Shown here: positions 63,554-64,000 of the stretch, in pieces | Layout: each line of letters starts with the position of its first letter | Numbering within the stretch: position 1 is the stretch's first letter | Source: Phycisphaerales bacterium | GTDB taxonomy: Bacteria; Planctomycetota; Phycisphaerae; Phycisphaerales; UBA1924 | Assembly (NCBI GenBank): GCA_029260495.1 | Contig: JAJDDD010000009.1 | Span: 434,266-498,265, forward strand | Direction: 5' to 3' | DNA length: 64,000 bases | Notes under the pieces: model-generated | The model's input: the letters and a program-made list of their open reading frames with translations, nothing else | Database searches by the model: none | What the model was told of the DNA's origin: nothing | Translations under genes and position numbers: made by a program

Positions 63554-64000
63554 ATGAGCACACAGTTAGTCGTCATTCTGATCATGATCGGCATCTCCTT
63601 TGTGAGCTGGATTTTCGGCAAAGCGAAGGAGCAGCGGGAGATTCAGCGCATCAATCGTGCGCGCAATCAGCAGCGGCAGGAGGCTTTGCGGACAGGGCGA
63701 GGGCTCGGGGAGCCTTCTGCTGGGCAACGCGCGCCGGCGATCCAATCACAACAGAAAACGACTGAGGCGCAGACGCTGGCTGAGCGACGCCAGGCGCAGC
63801 TTCGCGCATTGCGGGAACAGCAGCTGGCGCGGATGCGGTCACAGATGGGCGGTCAGCAACAACGATCGACGCCCACAGCGCCTCGGCGCGCTCCGCGTCC
63901 TGCTCCTGCGCCGCCCGCCCGGCGTGCGCAGCCATCAGCAAGCCAGACTCCTGCAGCTCGCCCACGTCCCAAGCAAACACCGTCGAGGTCTGCAGGCGCT
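63554..64000 (+). CDS. 3'-truncated CDS. Membrane-anchored protein with a Q/R/A-rich low-complexity region.
   Basis: ATG at 63554. N-terminal TM LVVILIMIGISFVSWIF. The frame stays open to the window end, so it is absent from the stop-delimited ORF list. Confidence 0.4.
   Translation, partial: MSTQLVVILIMIGISFVSWIFGKAKEQREIQRINRARNQQRQEALRTGRGLGEPSAGQRAPAIQSQQKTTEAQTLAERRQAQLRALREQQLARMRSQMGGQQQRSTPTAPRRAPRPAPAPPARRAQPSASQTPAARPRPKQTPSRSAGA

Noticed and set aside
63651-63980. 109-aa minus ORF at the window end
   Set aside because: The plus strand has a better candidate (ATG 63554 with a TM helix, open to the window end). The minus ORF is Ala/Pro-rich antisense.
1-64000. CRISPR arrays, IS elements, integrases, phage genes, toxin-antitoxin pairs
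   Set aside because: Looked for direct repeat arrays, transposase/integrase-like ORFs and terminal inverted repeats. None found. The only repeats are the palindromes and the paralogous GT4 genes reported above.

Overview
High-GC (~60%+) bacterial chromosomal window with dense coding on both strands and no CRISPR, IS or phage signals. Positions ~1.1-27.4 kb hold a ~25 kb co-directional exosortase / PEP-CTERM type exopolysaccharide locus. It is one plus-strand operon of ~19 genes, many joined by ATGA/GTGA/TGATG start-stop overlaps. It encodes four GT4 glycosyltransferases (two are paralogs), three GT2, one GT26, a Wzx flippase, a Wzy/O-antigen-ligase-like protein, a cupin sugar isomerase, two nucleotidyltransferases, an exosortase with the AEACNGMR cysteine motif, an EpsI-like partner, a GumC/Wzc-like co-polymerase with a P-loop domain, a priming sugar-1-phosphate transferase with an unusual soluble N-terminal domain, a 1392-aa PrsT-like TPR protein and an RmlA-like enzyme. 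It ends in a rho-independent terminator and is followed by a single secreted protein carrying a C-terminal PEP-CTERM sorting signal. The rest of the window is housekeeping and regulatory genes. These are an APH-like kinase coupled to a class-III aminotransferase, homocysteine S-methyltransferase, a flotillin, an ECF sigma/anti-sigma pair, a Ser/Thr kinase, RidA, a DUF1559-type prepilin-like protein, an Mla-like ABC lipid transport operon, tRNA-Gln(CUG), a TlpA-like redoxin, a DegT aminotransferase, ManA, a degenerate UvrC-like half protein, FabZ, an Hc1-like histone, a GGDEF cyclase, an ftsW-murG pair, tandem YkgJ-like CxxCxxCC proteins, a REC-XRE two-component pair and an iron-chelate ABC transporter. 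The DUF1559 protein, PEP-CTERM system and Hc1-like histone point to the PVC superphylum, most likely Planctomycetota. That is inference. All coordinates and functions below come from reading the six-frame translations and the DNA directly. No database search was run.
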